Source of the DNA: Octopus vulgaris
Taxonomy: Eukaryota
Assembly: GCA_951406725.2 (NCBI GenBank)
Contig: OX597837.1
Coordinates: 32,922,001-32,986,000 of the forward strand
DNA length: 64,000 nt
Direction of reading: 5' to 3'
Part shown: positions 41,493-55,577 of the stretch, one piece after another
How the letters are laid out: every line of letters starts with the position of its first letter
How positions within the stretch are numbered: the first letter of the stretch is position 1
The notes under the pieces: model-generated
What the model was told of the DNA's origin: nothing
Seen by the model: the letters and a program-made list of their open reading frames with translations, nothing else
Databases searched by the model: none
Program-made: the position numbers and the translations under genes

Positions 41493-42089
41493 TTTGTTAA
41501 TTAATTAAATAATCAATTGATTGCTTTATGTCATAGCTGAAGTAGATTCCTTTGACTGGATAATCCTGATCCTAGATTTTAAAAAAAAGGCAGAAATGAT
41601 CCAAAGTGTTATTAGACAACAGTCTAATTATTTAGTCAACTTAATTAATAATCCACCCTCCACCCACCTTTCACATTCCACCACTGCTCAATCCTATCAG
41701 TTTAGTACTTTACCATTAACCTCCCCCCCCTTTTACCACCACCACTACCACCACCTGCCATCACCTCCTCACTACCGCCGCCACCATCACCAATACCATG
41801 AATCCATCATTACTCACTTAACCAACTTAATTTATGCTTCGACAACAACAACAACAACAACAACACTACCTCCATGACCATCACCACTAATCCATCGTTT
41901 ACCCATCAGTGCTTCCGCTGCTGCCACCACTGGTCGATCCATCACAACCACCATCACCACCTCCATCACCACCACCACCTGTCCATTATCACCAATCTCT
42001 CTCCTAAACATCACTATCATCACCACCACCACCACCACCACCACCACTACCACCAATTCAGGGCTCCTACTGCCACCACCAGCACCAGC

Positions 42090-42132
<43 letters not shown>

Positions 42133-42203
42133 TCACCACCACCACCTGTCCATTATCACCAATCTCTCTCCTAAACATCACTATCATCACCACCACCACC
42201 ACC

Positions 42204-42267
<64 letters not shown>

Positions 42268-42338
42268 ATATTACTACTACTACTACTACTACCACCACCA
42301 CCACCACCACCACCACCACCACCACCACCACCACCACC

Positions 42339-42370
<32 letters not shown>

Positions 42371-42752
42371 AGCTAATCTGACTGCTACTATATTCCCACC
42401 ACCATCACCACCAGAATCAATTCAGCCTCCATCAGCACAACCACCACCACCACCTCTACCAATCCACTCATCAGTTCTGTGGCTCTCCTCCCCATGACCA
42501 CCACTCTTTCAATCACCTCCACTTTTTTCGATCCATCATCCTGCAACCCAGTTCTCAGTTCTCATCTGCTAATCCCTGCCATCTCTGATGGGTTGAATGA
42601 ATTGTGAAGGGTTTTTTGAATTAGCATTTTTTGAGCCCTACCTTCTTCAATATTCTACCTTCTTGGAACTCAAACCCCTTTTGGATGCAACCTGGCAAGC
42701 AGTAGAAATTCTTCAAACAAATGGGGATATTATTCTGGATATTAGATAGATA

Positions 42753-43116
42753 GGAGCACTCCGTTGGTTACGATGATGAGGGTCCCAGCTGATACGTGGA
42801 ATTGCTCATGGAATTAACGTGCAAGTGGCTGAGCATTCCACAGACATGTGTACCCTTAATGTAGTTCTCGAGGAGATTCAGCGTGACACAGAGTGTGACA
42901 AGGCTGGCCCTTTGAAATACAGGTACAACAGAAACAGGAAGAAAGAGTGAGAGAAAGTTGTGGTGAAAGAGTATCGCACCACCACCCCCTGCAGGAGCCT
43001 TGTGAAGCTTTAGGTGTTTTCGCTCAATAAACACTCACAATGTCCGGTCTGGGAATCGAAACCGCGATCCTACGACCGCGAGTCCGCTGCCCTAACCACT
43101 GGGCCATTGCGCCTCC
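42753..43116 (-). mobile_element. SINE family B
   Basis: Reverse complement of the consensus, with small deletions. Confidence 0.85.
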
Positions 43117-43789
43117 ACTTCAGACAAATACACCAATTTGAATGACTTAGAACCATATAACCATTACCTTATCTCGAATTTTTACATTGGTGGATAGAAT
43201 TAAAATATTACTAGCACATGTTTTGTTAAGACCTACCAAAAGTGAATATCCGGTCTGTTGTGCTGTGTCCAGGACGGATGCCACACTATTGTTAGGGAGG
43301 ATCATGTTGAACCTCCTGTTAAACTGTTTTAATGTGGATCCTTGTCCACTTGTATGTTCTTGTCACCACTATCATGTTCTGGTGGTGTTTCATGTCTTAT
43401 CATCTTTGACTCATTCATCATGCTATCACTGATAGCTCTGCAAGATGATGATTTTGGACCTTCTGCCTTGACAGGAACTGGAACTAGTATATGTCATGTA
43501 ACCGACACTGATTCCAACTGAGAAACTCATAGAATGACTCTACTACTACTACTACTGACCATGACTACAACAACTAACTGCCTGGTTTTATAGTGGCTGA
43601 GTCATACCACTTGTCACATGGGAAGGGGTGTACCATTTTCACTACAACATAAACTTTCTATGGAAGCTCTCATAAAGAACTCACTTCTAACCCAGGTTAT
43701 ATCTGCTCCAAAAATCAGTGGTTCTTTGGTCAGTGAACCCTCTTTGACACTTGACATTCAATGGCAAGGTGAGCTGCTACAGATCACAC

Positions 43790-44011
43790 CATCTGGTGGT
43801 GATTGGCATTAGGAAGGGCATCCAGCAGTGGTAATCATGCCAAAAGAGACCTGTCCAGTGCTGATGCCACATAAAAAAGCACTGGCCAGCATTAGGAAGG
43901 GCGTCCAGCTGTAAAAATCCTGCCAAAACAGACAATGGAGCTTAGTGCAGTCTTCTGGCTTGCCAGCTTCTGTCAAACTGTCCAACCCATGCCAGCATGG
44001 AAAACAGACAT

Positions 44012-44048
<37 letters not shown>
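43790..44048 (+). mobile_element. Family D retroposon with a duplicated AGGAAGGGCATCCAG motif
   Basis: Ends CCATGCCAGCATGGAAAACAGAC followed by (GAT)n. Confidence 0.75.
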
Positions 44049-44714
44049 CAGGTTTAAGAAATCAGTAAATTATTCCCTCCCCTTCTCAAGGATGATTTTC
44101 TCTGTAAAGAGACGAATCCCAGCTGAGTCCTTAATGTAGATATGAAAGAGGGTTTCTTGTTACAGAGCTGGTCGGTTACTTGTAGTTTTACTTTACAAGT
44201 CATACGTTTCTGAAGTTAATGAGGATCTAACGAGATGCTATAATGAAGTTAATGGAGCTTCTCATGTTGCCAGAGATGGGGACCAGTGGCAGCAGTGGAG
44301 TGGTCAGGGGTGTAGAGTGCACAATATCGCTGATAGAAATTAAAGATTATGTGGGTGGGTGAGGGGGGAGGCTGTGTGTTTGCATGCACGTGATTGCATA
44401 TGTGGGTTTGTGTGTGTGTGCGTGTGCAATTGAGTGTGTGTGTGTGTGTGTTTGTTAGTCTTCAATTCCACCAGGTTCAATCACCAAGGAATCAGGTCAA
44501 ACCAACCAATAGGTAGCCTCTATGCGATCACATGATCTGCTAGAAATAGCAACCAAAATGTCCTCAAATAAAATTTTACCAACTGAAAAAGAAAACAGAA
44601 TAGCACATTGGTTAATAAGGCATAGGTCTAAGCTTTCTGTGGAAAAAGGCAGGATGGTCAGAGGTGGAGAGTATTTCATCAAAGATTAAGGGAAAAATCT
44701 AATAACTATACTCT

Positions 44715-45016
44715 TTTACCTCAGGCTGACCAAAGCCTTGTGAGTGGATTTGGTAGATGGAAACTGAAAGAAGCCTGTCATATATATATTTGTGTGTGTG
44801 TGTGTGTATGTTTGTGTGTCTGTGTTTGTCCCCCAACATTGCTTGAAAACCGATGCTGGTGTGCTTATGTCCCCGTAACTTAGCAGTTCATCAAAATAGA
44901 CTGATAGAATAAGTACTAGGCTTACAAAGAATAAGTCCCGGGATCGACTTGCTTGACTAAAGGCAGTGCTCCAGCATGGCTAGAGTCAAGTGACTGAAAC
45001 AATTAAAAGAATAAAA
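44715..45016 (+). mobile_element. SINE family A, 5'-truncated
   Basis: Matches the consensus. Confidence 0.8.
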
Positions 45017-45271
45017 GACAATTTCTGCAACCACACCACTCCTAACATCTGGCCGCCTAACTCCCCAGACTGCAACCCCCTTGATTATTATGTGTGGGAC
45101 ACAGTTGAGTGAGAGACCAACAAAACTCCTTGTAACACCAAAGATGAACTGAAGGCAAGGATTATGATGGCATTCACCAACTTAAACAAGGAGACCGTCC
45201 AGAAGAGTTGCAGGAGATTCCGAAGTTGTCTGGAGCCTATGCTTGAAGCCAATCGCAATTTTATAGAATAA
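45017..45271 (+). pseudogene. Tc1/mariner-superfamily transposase C-terminal fragment
   Basis: DNFCNHTTPNIWPPNSPDCNPLDYYVWDTVE*ETNKTPCNTKDELKARIM...CRRFRSCLEPMLEANRNFIE*. WPPNSPDxNPLD is the catalytic motif; there is an in-frame stop. The element ends in caccctg+TA at ~45505. Confidence 0.85.
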
Positions 45272-46668
45272 ATTTACTCTTTAACATTTCAAGATATTTT
45301 AATGTAATTTTGGTAAATGAAACGTCAGTGTTATTTTCATTTTTGCGTAATTTAGACAACTCATAGAATGACTCTACTACTACTACTGACCATGACTACA
45401 ACAACTAACTGCCTGGTTTTATAGTGGCTGAGTCATACCACTTGTCACATGGGAAGGGGTGTACCATTTTCACTACAACATAAACTTTCTACTCATCACA
45501 CCCTGTATATATATATATATATATATATATTGGTTTCACATTTGCCACATGGCCAGCAATTTTGGCAAAGGTAGTAAATCGTTTACATTGACCTTGGAAC
45601 GATGAAAGGTAAAGTCAGCCTCAGCGGAATTTGAACTCAGATCGTCTAAAGCAGATGGAATGTCACCAAGCACTTTGCCTGACATGCTAACGATTCTTCC
45701 AGCTTGCTGCCCTATGACGATGTAATAATTACACATACCTTATATAGGTAATAATTAAATTGCATCTGATGCACTTTATTGTGTTTTGTTTTGCATGTGA
45801 CCCCCCCACCCCCGGTCTGTAGAAAAAAATTGTCTTGCATTAAACCAGTCTCTGGTGCAACATAGGTTGAAGACTGCTGTCATTGGGGATTTATTTGGGT
45901 ACATACCAGATCAGTTCTGGTAGAACTATGATCATGACATTCCAGCCATGACTCTCTTGTCAAGTGCATCCCTTCTAGCCTGTTGTGTGTCCGCATAGAC
46001 TGAGGCTCCTTCATTGTAGCGCATTTTATATCTTGTTTCTTTCATAGTATTGTTGCCACGCTGGAGCACTGCTTCCAGTGGGGAGGGGGGACTGTACAGG
46101 CTTGCAATGCCTACCCTACCCTAATCGAACCAAACCTCAACTGAGATTATGTGTTGGGAGGAAGTGCTGATGGTGGTGGAGGGTGGAGTTGCAAGAAGGG
46201 AAACAGATGGAATTCTACAGCCCTTTTGTTTTAGATGTCAAAAAATTAGGATAAAAAAGGGACGGGGAGTAGAAGAGGGGTTTGCTTATTTCCATTATGT
46301 TCCCCCTCCCCTCAAAAAACCCCTTTTAGGTTTCTTGTTATATTGGTTTGTTTATATCTTTAAGAAACTGAGCCCCCCCCACCTAACTCTTTATTACCAC
46401 TAGTAGTGGTGGTGGTGGTGGTGATGGTGGTGGTGGTGATGGTGGTGGCATGATAGTTTATTAACAAAGGGAGTCATTGTTTCTGTTAGAGAATTGGTGG
46501 GGATAATGTGATGATATGAAAAGGGTGGTGGTGGGGGTGGGGCAACAGGGTAGTAAGAGATAGGGGTGGGATGCAAATGGAAAATGGGTGGTTTGGGGTG
46601 GTGCTCTGGCTGGTTTACAGCTGTGGATAGGAAATTCTGTTTGAGAGGGTAGGGACAAGAAAAATAGG

Positions 46669-46707
<39 letters not shown>

Positions 46708-47323
46708 TGGGTGTGTTTGTATGTGCATACATATATAAATACACACACACATATATATATATACATCTATATATCTATATATACACACACATATATATTA
46801 TATATTATATCTGTATATATATATATATTATATGTGTGCTTGCGTATACATATATATACATATGTGTGTGTGTACATATACATATGTACTTATATGTATA
46901 CCATACATATTGTGTATATGAGTACATGGAAAATTCATGCTTAAAATAGAAGCATTCTCAATACTTGTGTAGAGAAAGTAGACCAAATTTTTAATATATT
47001 GGTTGTGGTTCAGTTTAGCATTTCACTACTTTCAGCTTTATATCCCCAGGGTACCCTCACGATATTCTCAATATAATCATCAGGCGGGAATAATAACAGT
47101 GTGGTTAACCTTTCACAGCAGAATCTAATCCAGTTGTAATGATTTATTTGTAATTTACATGTTTGTTTGGTTGGTTGGTTGTGTGGTGAAGAATTTTGGT
47201 TTTCCAACTTAGATGGTTCTGGGTTCAATCCAACTACTCAGCACTTGAAAAAATGTTTTCTTGCTTAGCTGTAGTTGACTGTTGCCTTTGATTGAATTTT
47301 GGTAGTAATTTTTATATACAGAA

Positions 47324-47362
<39 letters not shown>

Positions 47363-47695
47363 GTGTGTGTACAATTATGAATTGCAAATCAAAACAGTTT
47401 CATTTATTGCATCACATGCCCACAATGCAGTGAGAATTATATCAGTCAAACAGGAGCATAATTAATAGATCAGATTAGGATACATAAACAACAAATAGAG
47501 GATCCATTAAAAAAAATTTCCATGAAAGAAACATCTAGATATTTGTACAAATATAAAATTCAAAATATTTCCTTTTTCAAAAGCAAAAAGGCAAAGATGA
47601 ATACTGTATAAGAATTCTCAATCCAAAATTAAACTGAAAATAGTAAAAACTGCTAGTAAAGGCAACTACTTCCATATAGATTACCTTATAACGTG

Positions 47696-48075
47696 GAGGC
47701 ACAATGGCCCAGTGGTTAGGGCAGCGGACTCGCGGTCATAAGATCGCGGTTTTGATTCCCAGACCGGGCGTTGTGAGTGTTTATTGAGCGAAACACCTAA
47801 AAGCTCCACGAGGCTCCGGCAGGGGATGGTGGTGATCCCTGCTGTACTCTTTCACCACAACTTTCTCTCACTCTTACTTCCTGTTTCTGTTGTACCTGTA
47901 TTTCAAGGGGCCGGCCTTGTCACTCTCTGTGTCACGTTGAATATCCCCGAGAACTACGTTAAGGGTGCACGTGTCTGTGGAGTGCTCAGCCACTTACACG
48001 TTAATTTCACGAGCAGGCTGTTCCATTGATTTGGATCAACCGGAACCCTCATCGTCGTAACCGACGGAGTGCTTC
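47696..48075 (+). mobile_element. SINE family B, full length
   Basis: TSD accttataacgtg at 47683-47695 and 48078-48090. Confidence 0.9.
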
Positions 48076-48546
48076 CCACCTTATAACGTGTGTTTGAAAA
48101 TATGACATACACAAAACTTTCTTCCGTAACTTCTGTGTTAATCTGCTTTGTAGATCATCATCACCATCATCATCACCGTCATTGTCATCATCATTGTTTT
48201 AATGTCCACTTTTCCATGTTTGCGTGAGTTGGGTGGAATCTATTGAGGCAGATTTTCTACCACCAGATGCCCTTCCTGTTGCCTACCCTAACCTTGTTTC
48301 CAAGCAAGGTAATATTTCTCCATGGTCAGATATGATCTCACAAAATATTGGAAGTGGCTAACACTCCTTGTATGACGCTGACAACCATGTCACAACTGTC
48401 ACATGATGTCAAGGCAAGGAGACACAGACATACACATGCTTACACACACATACATATACACATTATACAGTGTACTTCTTTCAGTTTCTGTCTATCAAGT
48501 CCACTCATAAGTCTTTGGTTGGCCCAAGGCCATATTAGAATACATT

Positions 48547-48769
48547 GGCGGCGAGCTGGTAGAATCGTTAGCACGCGTATGTAGCCGTATTTCGTCTGCC
48601 GCTACATCCTGGGTTCAAATTCCGCCTAGGTCGACTTAGCCTTTCATCCTATCGGGGTCGATAAATTAAGTACCAGTTGCGCATTGGGATCGATATAATC
48701 GACTTAATCCGTTTGTCTGTCCTTGTTTGTCCCCTCTGTGTTTAGTCCCTTGTGGGTAGTAAAGAAATA
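48547..48769 (+). mobile_element. SINE family C monomer inserted in an old family A copy
   Basis: 16-bp TSD catattagaatacatt at 48531-48546 and 48770-48785. Confidence 0.9.
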
Positions 48770-49733
48770 CATATTAGAATACATTTGCCCAAGGTGCCAC
48801 ATACGAGAAATGAACCCAAAACCATGTGGTTGGGAAACAAGCTTCTTACCACCTAGCCCTATCTATTTTTACCCCCCCCCCCTTCATGAGCGTTTTCACC
48901 CTGATACATCATCACTGCTTTCTGGCTCTACCAACCCTCTTTCCTGTAACGTAAGTAACCACATAGCTCCTCTACAGCAAGAAATCTGTTCTGCCCTGGC
49001 CCCTTCTCACAGACTTTAATCCCTCATTTCCAAGCTTAAATCCATCTCCATCCCCATTATAGCCACACTCAGTCAAAGAGGATCTTAGTTTTGCAAGCTT
49101 CATGGCGACCTCACAAGTGCTGGTGCCACAAAAAAGAAGCATCCTCTACACATTTTGAAGTGGTTAGCATTAGGAAAGACATCCAGCTGCAAAAACTGTG
49201 CCAAAGTAGACACTGGGTCAGTGTGAAGTCATTGGGCCTATCAGAACCTGTCGAGCTGTTTCAACACCAGCCAGCATGGAACATGGACATTAAATGATGA
49301 TCATTATAGTATGTGTAACAAAGAGAAGAAAAGAACTGTCAATATGTTATATATTTATAGTTAAACGATGTATTCGAGGGGTCAGGGGTGGTATTATTGT
49401 TCAGTTTCCTACATACGTGAAGCATGTGTCTAATTAATTTATTTAAACGTTAGGTGTTTGTTTATATATTTATATCACAACAGTTATAATTAACCAGGTA
49501 CATCAACACCATCACCTTCACCACCTTAGATTCTTGTTGTTGCTGTTGCTTATCTCTTGGTCAATCCTGATTGAACAGCTCTATGATTGAAAGCATTCCA
49601 ACCACGACCATCCCATCTTTAAGGAAACTACTGTAGAGTGTTGTTCACATCATAAGAATTTAGAAACTTTTGAGAGAACGTGAACTAATTGTTTTTTGGA
49701 ACGGTGAATCTTGGAGCAAACAAAGCTATAAAC

Positions 49734-49977
49734 CAGTGGTTCTCAACCGGGGTTCATATGGCCCTTGAGGTCCATATAAGATTTTGTTGCTAAAATTTAT
49801 GTGCAGTAAATTAGTTATACATCTACAAAGCATTTTAATCTTTATGAACAATTTTTAATAATGTTTAATTACAAAAATACATCAAGATTTTTATAACAGT
49901 GAATGGCTATTGTGGGTCCAGTAGAGTAAAATAGGAATGAAAGGAGCCCATAGGCAAAAAATGGTTGAGGACCACTG
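49734..49977. mobile_element. Non-autonomous hAT (Charlie-like) MITE
   Basis: TIRs CAGTGGTTCTCAACC and GGTTGAGGACCACTG; 8-bp TSD ctataaac versus ctttaagc (6/8 match). Confidence 0.8.
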
Positions 49978-50468
49978 CTTTAAGCCCTAGCATGTAATTA
50001 TTGGGTTAAAAACCCGTTTCGATAGAAAGAGGCAAAGGCTGATCTTAGGAATGAACCCGTATCTTCTGTAAGCACGGCAGATGTTCTATCATCAGAGCAA
50101 AACAATCCTTTGAATTACTCCATTCGTTTTAGAAACTTTGTTCCTCCTGCTCCTGAGAATTACAACATCTTTCATGTTTATAGATGTAGGTTTAAATCCC
50201 ACAGGCAGTATTCAACTTTTTGTATCCAAAGGGGATTTTTTTGAACCCAATAATTACATTCTATTGTTTATAGCTTTATCTGCTTTGAGTTTCACAGATA
50301 CAAAAAAAAAAAAGACCATTTTAATGTAAGTCCCTATTTTACTCAGCTGGACCCTCACAGTCATTGATAGGGGCACAAGCATGAGCATCTCCCTGTGGAC
50401 AGGCACAAGCATGAGATTGAGAGTGGGCATAGCCATCGACATGGCTGCCTCAATTATCGCCTCCACTA

Positions 50469-51051
50469 AAGGCAACAAGCTGACAGAAACGTTAGCACAC
50501 TGGGCGAAATACTTAGTGGTATTTCGTCCGCCACTGCATTCTGAGTTCAAATTCCGCTGAGGTCGACTTTGCCTTTCATCCTTTCGGGGTCGATAAATTA
50601 AGCACCAGTTATGCACTGGGGTCGATATAATCGACTTAATCCGTTTGTCTGTCCTTGTTTGTCCCCTCTGTGTTTAGCCCCTTGTGGGTAGTAAAGAAAT
50701 AGGTATTTCATTTGTCTTTATGTTCTGAGTTCAAATTCCGCCAAGGTCGACTTTGCCTTTCATCCTTTCGGGGTCGATAAATTAAGTACCAGTTACGCAC
50801 TGGGGTCGATGTAATTGACTTAATACCTATGTCTATCCTTGTTTGTCCCCTCTGTGTTTAGCCCCTTGTGGGTAGTAAAGAAATAGGTATTTCATCTGTC
50901 TTTATGTTCTGAGTTCAAATTCCGCCATGGTTGACTTTGCCTTTCATCCTTTCGGGGTCAATAAATTAAGTACCGGTTGCATACTGGAGTCAATCTAATT
51001 AACTGGCCTCCCCATGAAAAATTTCGGACCTCATGCCTAGAGTAGAAAAGA
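50469..51051 (+). mobile_element. SINE family C trimer (one head, three bodies)
   Basis: Junction AAAGAAATA|GGTATTTC at ~50701 and ~50885; degenerate TSD aattatcgcctccact versus aattatcatttccact. Confidence 0.85.
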
Positions 51052-51362
51052 ATTATCATTTCCACTGGCTGCCGAACACTTGCAGCGAAGCTTCAAGGAG
51101 CTGAATCATGGTGCAGATCGACAGTGTAAAGGATGCGGGAGAAGTACAATCGCATCCACGTGGATGGAGATGAGCAGGAGAAAGAGAAGGTACATGAGCA
51201 CAAGCACAGCCATGCACTCATGGACACAGGTTGCTTGCTATGAACTTTAGGCAAGGCCGTGCTACACAGCAGAGACCTACGCAGCTGACCATCGTGTGCT
51301 CTTTCCTATCATGTTTAAAAGAAACATTATTGTGTATTTATAATTGGATATTATTAGGAGCT

Positions 51363-51945
51363 ATCATCATCATCATCATCATGATTGTTTAGCGTCCGCT
51401 TTCCATGCTAGCATGGGTTGGACGGTTCAACTGGGGTCTGGGAAGCCAGAAGGCTGCACCAGGCTCAGTTTGATCTGGTAATGTTTCTACGGCTGGATGC
51501 CCTTCCTAACGCCAACCACTCCGTGAGTGTAGTGGGTGCTTTTTACGTGCCAGACGAGTCTGGCAAACGGCCACGATCGGATGGTGCTTTTTATGTGCGA
51601 CCGGCACAGGGGCCAGGTGAGTCTGGCAACGGCCACGAATGGATGGTGCTTTTTACGTGCCACCGGCACGGGGGCCAGGCGAGGCTGGCAACGGCCATGA
51701 ACGGATGGTGCTTTTTATGTGCGACCGGCACGGGGGCCAGGCGAGGCTGGCAAACAGCCACGATCGGATGGTGCTTTTTATGTGCAACCGGCACGGGGGC
51801 CAGGCGAGGCTGGCAACGGCCACGAATGGATGGTGCTTTTTATGTGTCACCGACACGGGGGCCAGGCGAGGCTGGCAACGGCCACGAACGGATGGTGCTT
51901 TTTACGTGCCACCGGCACGAGGCCAGTTGGGGCGGTGCTGGCAAC
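51363..51945 (-). mobile_element. Family D retroposon with an internal 62-63 bp tandem module (x6)
   Basis: atggtgcttttta at 51581, 51643, 51705, 51768, 51830 and 51892. Confidence 0.85.
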
Positions 51946-52593
51946 AAAAAATTTTTTAAATATTTTGTTTATTTTAGAAGTGTGACCAATATCTCGCATG
52001 GACCTCCAAAAGTCATATGGACCATCGTTGAGAAGCACTGTTGCAGAGTGTGATATAAGGTAGAATTGGTAGCTGCTTCTAGCAGCTCAAGTGACCACAG
52101 AGTATCTCCCTCCTTGGTTACATCTGCTGGGTAGCGGGTACATAAATAAATACCACATCCTCCATCCTGCAGTTAGCACCGAAAACCACCTCCGGTGGCT
52201 TCAGGTGCATACCCCCAACCTTCCGTCTACTGATAGGTAAATTAAGGTGTTGATTGATTAATAAGCTCCAGTCGTTTACATACCTTTACACAGCAGAGTA
52301 TGCGCGTAGCACAGGTGATGTTTCTAGTCCATCTCTTAACAGGGATGGCTCAAAACACAGGAAATATTAATAAATAGTATTTACTGCAGCTGCTTTTGGT
52401 GTAACTCATTACATCTACATACACCCACACACACTCTCTCTCTATCACACACACACACTCACACACACACACACACACTCTCTCACACACACACTCACAC
52501 ACACACAAACACACACACACACTCTTACACACACACACACACACTATCTCACACACACACACACACACACTCACACACACACACACTCTCTCT

Positions 52594-52638
<45 letters not shown>

Positions 52639-52753
52639 ATGAATATGAAGATACAGATATAGATATAACAGAGAAATGTTTAGAAATAAGGAAACTCATA
52701 AATATTTCTCTCTCTCACACACATACACACACGCACATGCACACCCACACACA

Positions 52754-52854
<101 letters not shown>

Positions 52855-53483
52855 ACACACACACACACACTCACACACACACACACACACACTCACACAC
52901 ACACACACTCTCTCTCACGCACACACACACACACACACTCACACACACACACTTACACACACACATATATGTAGGTATGAATATGAAGATACAGATATAG
53001 ATATAACAGAGAAATGTTTAGAAATAAGGAAACTCATAAATATTTTCTCTCTCTCTCACACACACACACACGCACACACATGCACACCCACATCACATTC
53101 ACACTCATGTACACACACACACGCTCACGCACACACACACACGCTCACGCACACACACACGCTCACGCACACACACACACATGCTCACGCACACACACAC
53201 GCTCACGCACACACACACGCTCACGCACACACACACAAATATGTATATGTTCCATTGCTATCCTTTTCATACTTACTCCTCCTCTATCTCTTTCTCTATC
53301 TATCTCTTTATCTCTCTCTCTCTCTCTCTCGCACACACACACACACACACTCAAAAACATAGATACATATGCTTAACCTCTGTCCTTTTTACTATTACTC
53401 TTTCTCCCCCTACCTCTGCCACATACACTCCATTATGTTTCACTCTTACTCTCTTCCTCTCTCCCCACCTCTCTATACAGATA

Positions 53484-53532
<49 letters not shown>

Positions 53533-53852
53533 CCTTCTACACTCTTAGTCTATCTCCATTCCTTTTCATTTATGTTTTCTTTCCCCAGCTTTTAAACATT
53601 CTCTAATTTCCTCATCGCCCCCTTCTCTCTCTCTTTCTCTCTCTCTCTTTCTCTCTCTCTCTCTTTTCTACTTTCACTTTCCTATATTCCACTCTCTTCC
53701 TAGTTTCTTCTTAACTCCCTCCCACCACGTCTTTGCTATTCCCTCCCACCACAGCTCAATGAGCCTTATGTAAAACAACTGAGTTGAAGGACTCAACTGC
53801 GATTAAGCCAAGCAACCTTTATAATTTATCATCATCATCGTCTTCATTGTCG

Positions 53853-53920
<68 letters not shown>

Positions 53921-54247
53921 GTCATTGTCATTGTCATCATAATGTCTTCATTTCCATGCTTGCATGGATTGTTGTTGTTGAGCTCCAAGATGCTCCTCGC
54001 ACTAAGTCAAGAAAAGCCTATGATCAAAAGCAATCAGGCCATGACCATCCCCTCTAACTTTTAGGAACTGTGTACTTCAGACCGCATTATCCGGTGTGTG
54101 TTTTTTGTTAGAAATGCTGAGGAGTCGTTCAAGGGTGGTTTGGTTGCTATTTCTTGTACAGCAAGTGACCACCTAGAGACTGCCTCGTTGGCAAGAAAGA
54201 AGCCTTTGTCAAGTTTGGTGTGAAAAAGGAAATGATAAAGATTCGTG

Positions 54248-54321
<74 letters not shown>

Positions 54322-55081
54322 CTGCACATACGCACACATGCAAAGAGGAAAGAGAGACAGGGTTGCTAACGACCTCTAAAAATAATGTAATAAGTGCTTT
54401 ATTAGTTGAGACTTACTAATTGCTGTGCACTGAGTGACCTCTTGAGAACAAGAGGTCAACTGAGGTGGCCAATGTAGGAATGAATTTCTTATTTTCTTAA
54501 GTCAATTTTTATCATTATCATTATCATTATTATTACTATTATCATTATTATTATTATTATTATTGTTGTTGCTGTCTTGGTTCCAATAAAAAAAACATTT
54601 TTTCCTGTTTGTTTTCTATTTTTTTCCTTCCCCTGTATGTTTAGTTATTAACAGATGTTTAATAATCAACCCCACACCCAGCCCTGCTCAACCATCTTTG
54701 GCTGTTTATTTCCTTGTTCTTGTTAATTAGTCTTTAATAGCAACGATAATTTTGTAATCTTAATAAGACAAGAGCAAATCCCTCTCTGGAACCACATTAA
54801 ACCACAAAGTCCCCCCCTGCACCCAACCCAGCTTATTATCACATTAAACCTTTCTGCTATGATTGATTTTGCCTTTTGTCCTTTCAAGGTGAATGGAATA
54901 AATACCAGTTAAAAACTGGGGTCAATGAAACTGATCGGGCCCCTACCCCAACGTTTCAAGCCATGTGCCCATAGTAGAAAGGGTTATTACATTAAACCAC
55001 AAGATCCTCATGTTTATCCTCAGCTTGTTATCACATTAAACCAAAGGGCCCTCCTGCACCCTAATGGTTTTCTTATTTAAT

Positions 55082-55311
55082 TTAACCCTTTTGTTACCAA
55101 CCCGGCTGAAACCGGCTCTGGCTCCTTTATATACATATCTTGTTTTCATAAGTTTTTAATTAAAATCTTCCACCAAATCTTATTCACAATTTGTGTTTCC
55201 AACACTAGCGTAATGATAATTAAGTTATTTTTACTAAATTCTTTGTTATATTTAAAATAATTGAAAGAAACACAGAGCATCACAAAATAAATTCAGTAAT
55301 GAAAGGGTTAA
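55082..55311. mobile_element. TTAA-flanked MITE (piggyBac-like termini)
   Basis: TTAACCCTTTTGTTAC ... GTAATGAAAGGGTTAA. Confidence 0.75.
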
Positions 55312-55577
55312 CCACAAGTGCCCTGCTGCACCTTACTGTTCTCATTATTACATTAAACCACATAAACCATAAGGACCCTGCTATATCTCACTCTGCTTAT
55401 TATCTCTTGGTTGTTTCATTGCAATTAAGATGAGAGATTGTTACACACCTGGATTTGATTCTGATGTGTAACAGATAGCTTACTGCTGCTGAGGTTTTTG
55501 TTGTTGGTAAGTCCTAGATCAGCCTCGATCAAATAAGGTTTATAACTCTAGATTTTGTAGCTGTTACAATCCCTGTG

